Positions 62,535 to 64,000 of a stretch of DNA of 64,000 nt are shown in pieces. Below the pieces are notes generated by a model. That model was not told the origin of the DNA and searched no databases. It saw only the letters and a list, made by a program, of their open reading frames with translations. Both the position numbers and the translations under genes were made by a program. Position 1 is the first letter of the stretch; every line of letters begins with the position of its first letter. This DNA is from the human T2T-CHM13v2.0 reference genome, Homo sapiens, in NCBI RefSeq assembly GCF_009914755.1, contig NC_060929.1, one strand, 5' to 3'.

Positions 62535-63900
62535 CAATTAGAATTTCTCATTTCAAAAGCAACAGAAAACCCAAGTCAAAGTTGTTTGAAGACTAAGGGA
62601 ACACACATATCAAAATGGCTAAAATTAAAAATCTTAATAACACAAAATGTTGGCAAGGATGCAGAGAAACCAAATCAGTAATCTATTCCTGGTGGAAATG
62701 TAAAATGGCACAGCCATTGGAAGTTTCTTTTAAAACTAAAAGTGGACTTACCATATTACCCAGCAACTACATCATTAAGCATTTATTCTAGAGAAATGAA
62801 AACATGTTCACACAGAACTTTGTACACAAATATTTATGTCAACTTATTTGTAAGAACCCAAAACTGGAAACTACTCAAATGCCCTTCAATGGGTAAATGG
62901 TTACATAAACTGTGGTGGGTTCATACATGGAATACTACTCAAAATTAATAAGGAATGAATTATTAATGCATTCAACAATTTAGGTGAGCTTTAAGACAAC
63001 TATACTGAATGAAAAAAAGGCATTCTCAACTGGTTGTATACTGTATAATTCCATTTATATAATACTCTTGAAATTAAAGTGTGGTAATAGAGAATAGATT
63101 AGTGGTTGTGAATAGCTGAGGATGAAGGATCGGAGTCTGGTTGGCTACAAGAGGTAACACAAAGGAGCCTGGTAGGGATGGTATAGTTATGTGTCTTAAC
63201 TTTGGTGGTAGTTACATAAAGCTACCTGTGTAATTGAAGTTCATCAAACTGCATACTCACACATGCATGCAAACACATGTGTAATGTACGTATGTATAAC
63301 ATAAAATCAGAATGCGTTCATGGATTATACCAAGGTCAATTACCTGGTTTTAATATCACACAATAATTATGCAAAATAACATTAACTTTGTGAGAGGCTG
63401 AGCGAACGGCACATGGGCATTTTTATTCATTTATTTGTATCTTGCTATAAATCTATAATTATTTCAAAATAAAAAGTAAAAGAAATACTAATTCAAAACC
63501 TATGTTTATTTATTCCCACTGATTTATTATATACTATGTCAATAGGAAAATTGAATTGAAAGAGAAATTTGGGCCCAATAGGTAAATAAATAAATAGAGT
63601 TATTGGTTCAAGTGAATGGAAATCCAAACATAGTGCGGGCTTCAAGTTTGGCTGACCCAACAGCTTAATGTGTCACTGAGGACCCATTTTCTTTTCATTT
63701 CTTCATATTCCGTTCTTCAAAGACTGTTTCATTCTGAGTAACATTTGGGGCTATGTGTTCCATTGTACATGTTCAGTGGAAGGGAACATATTTATAAGAT
63801 TCCAAGAAGGATTCAGAAATTCTTCCTAACTGGACTGCTTAGGTAAGGGAATCACATATTCTGATTCCTCAGACCATTCCAATTTCCTATTGGCCTGAAA
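62535..63900 (-). mobile_element. Old MLT1 (K/L-like) LTR split by an L1 insertion (pieces ~62535-62601 and ~63598-63900)
   Basis: aagcaacagaaaacccaa...aagggaa | ttattggttcaagtgaatggaaatcca...ggcttcaag. Confidence 0.55.
62602..63485 (+). mobile_element. L1MD-like 3' end
   Basis: aaatggctaaaatt, tgttggcaaggatgcagagaaac, peptide NWKLLKCPSMGKWLHKLW, and 3' end aatctataattatttcaaaataaaaag. Confidence 0.85.
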
Positions 63901-64000
63901 TTATTGTTATTAATGCCTCTCCCTTTTCAAATGCCTTAATGGAATATGTTATTTTCTCGTTAGGCCAAACATGGTCTACACCGAGAACTGATCTTCTGGA

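Overview
This is AT-rich, CpG-poor primate (human-like) genomic DNA made up mostly of interspersed repeats. I found no recognisable host protein-coding gene, RNA gene or CpG island. The first 11.2 kb is an L1/Alu pile-up: an ancient L1M/HAL1-like remnant is interrupted by a 5'-truncated AluJ, whose A-rich linker holds an AluS and a 5'-inverted L1PA (about PA8). Next comes a full-length but dead ~6.1 kb L1PA (about PA6/7) with a 16-bp TSD and an open ORF0-like antisense frame. The remainder is a mosaic of MIR, L2, old L1M, hAT (MER5, MER30), Alu and many solo LTRs (MER4, MER61-like, MER65-like, THE1, MLT1, LTR16-like), plus microsatellites. The more interesting signals are several fold-back or templated-insertion scars and a few plus-strand candidate exons, one carrying a 69-aa ORF with a WH2-like stretch. 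Subfamily calls come from remembered consensus motifs, not an alignment. I see no solid evidence for a new biological system; the exon and micropeptide ideas are hypotheses.
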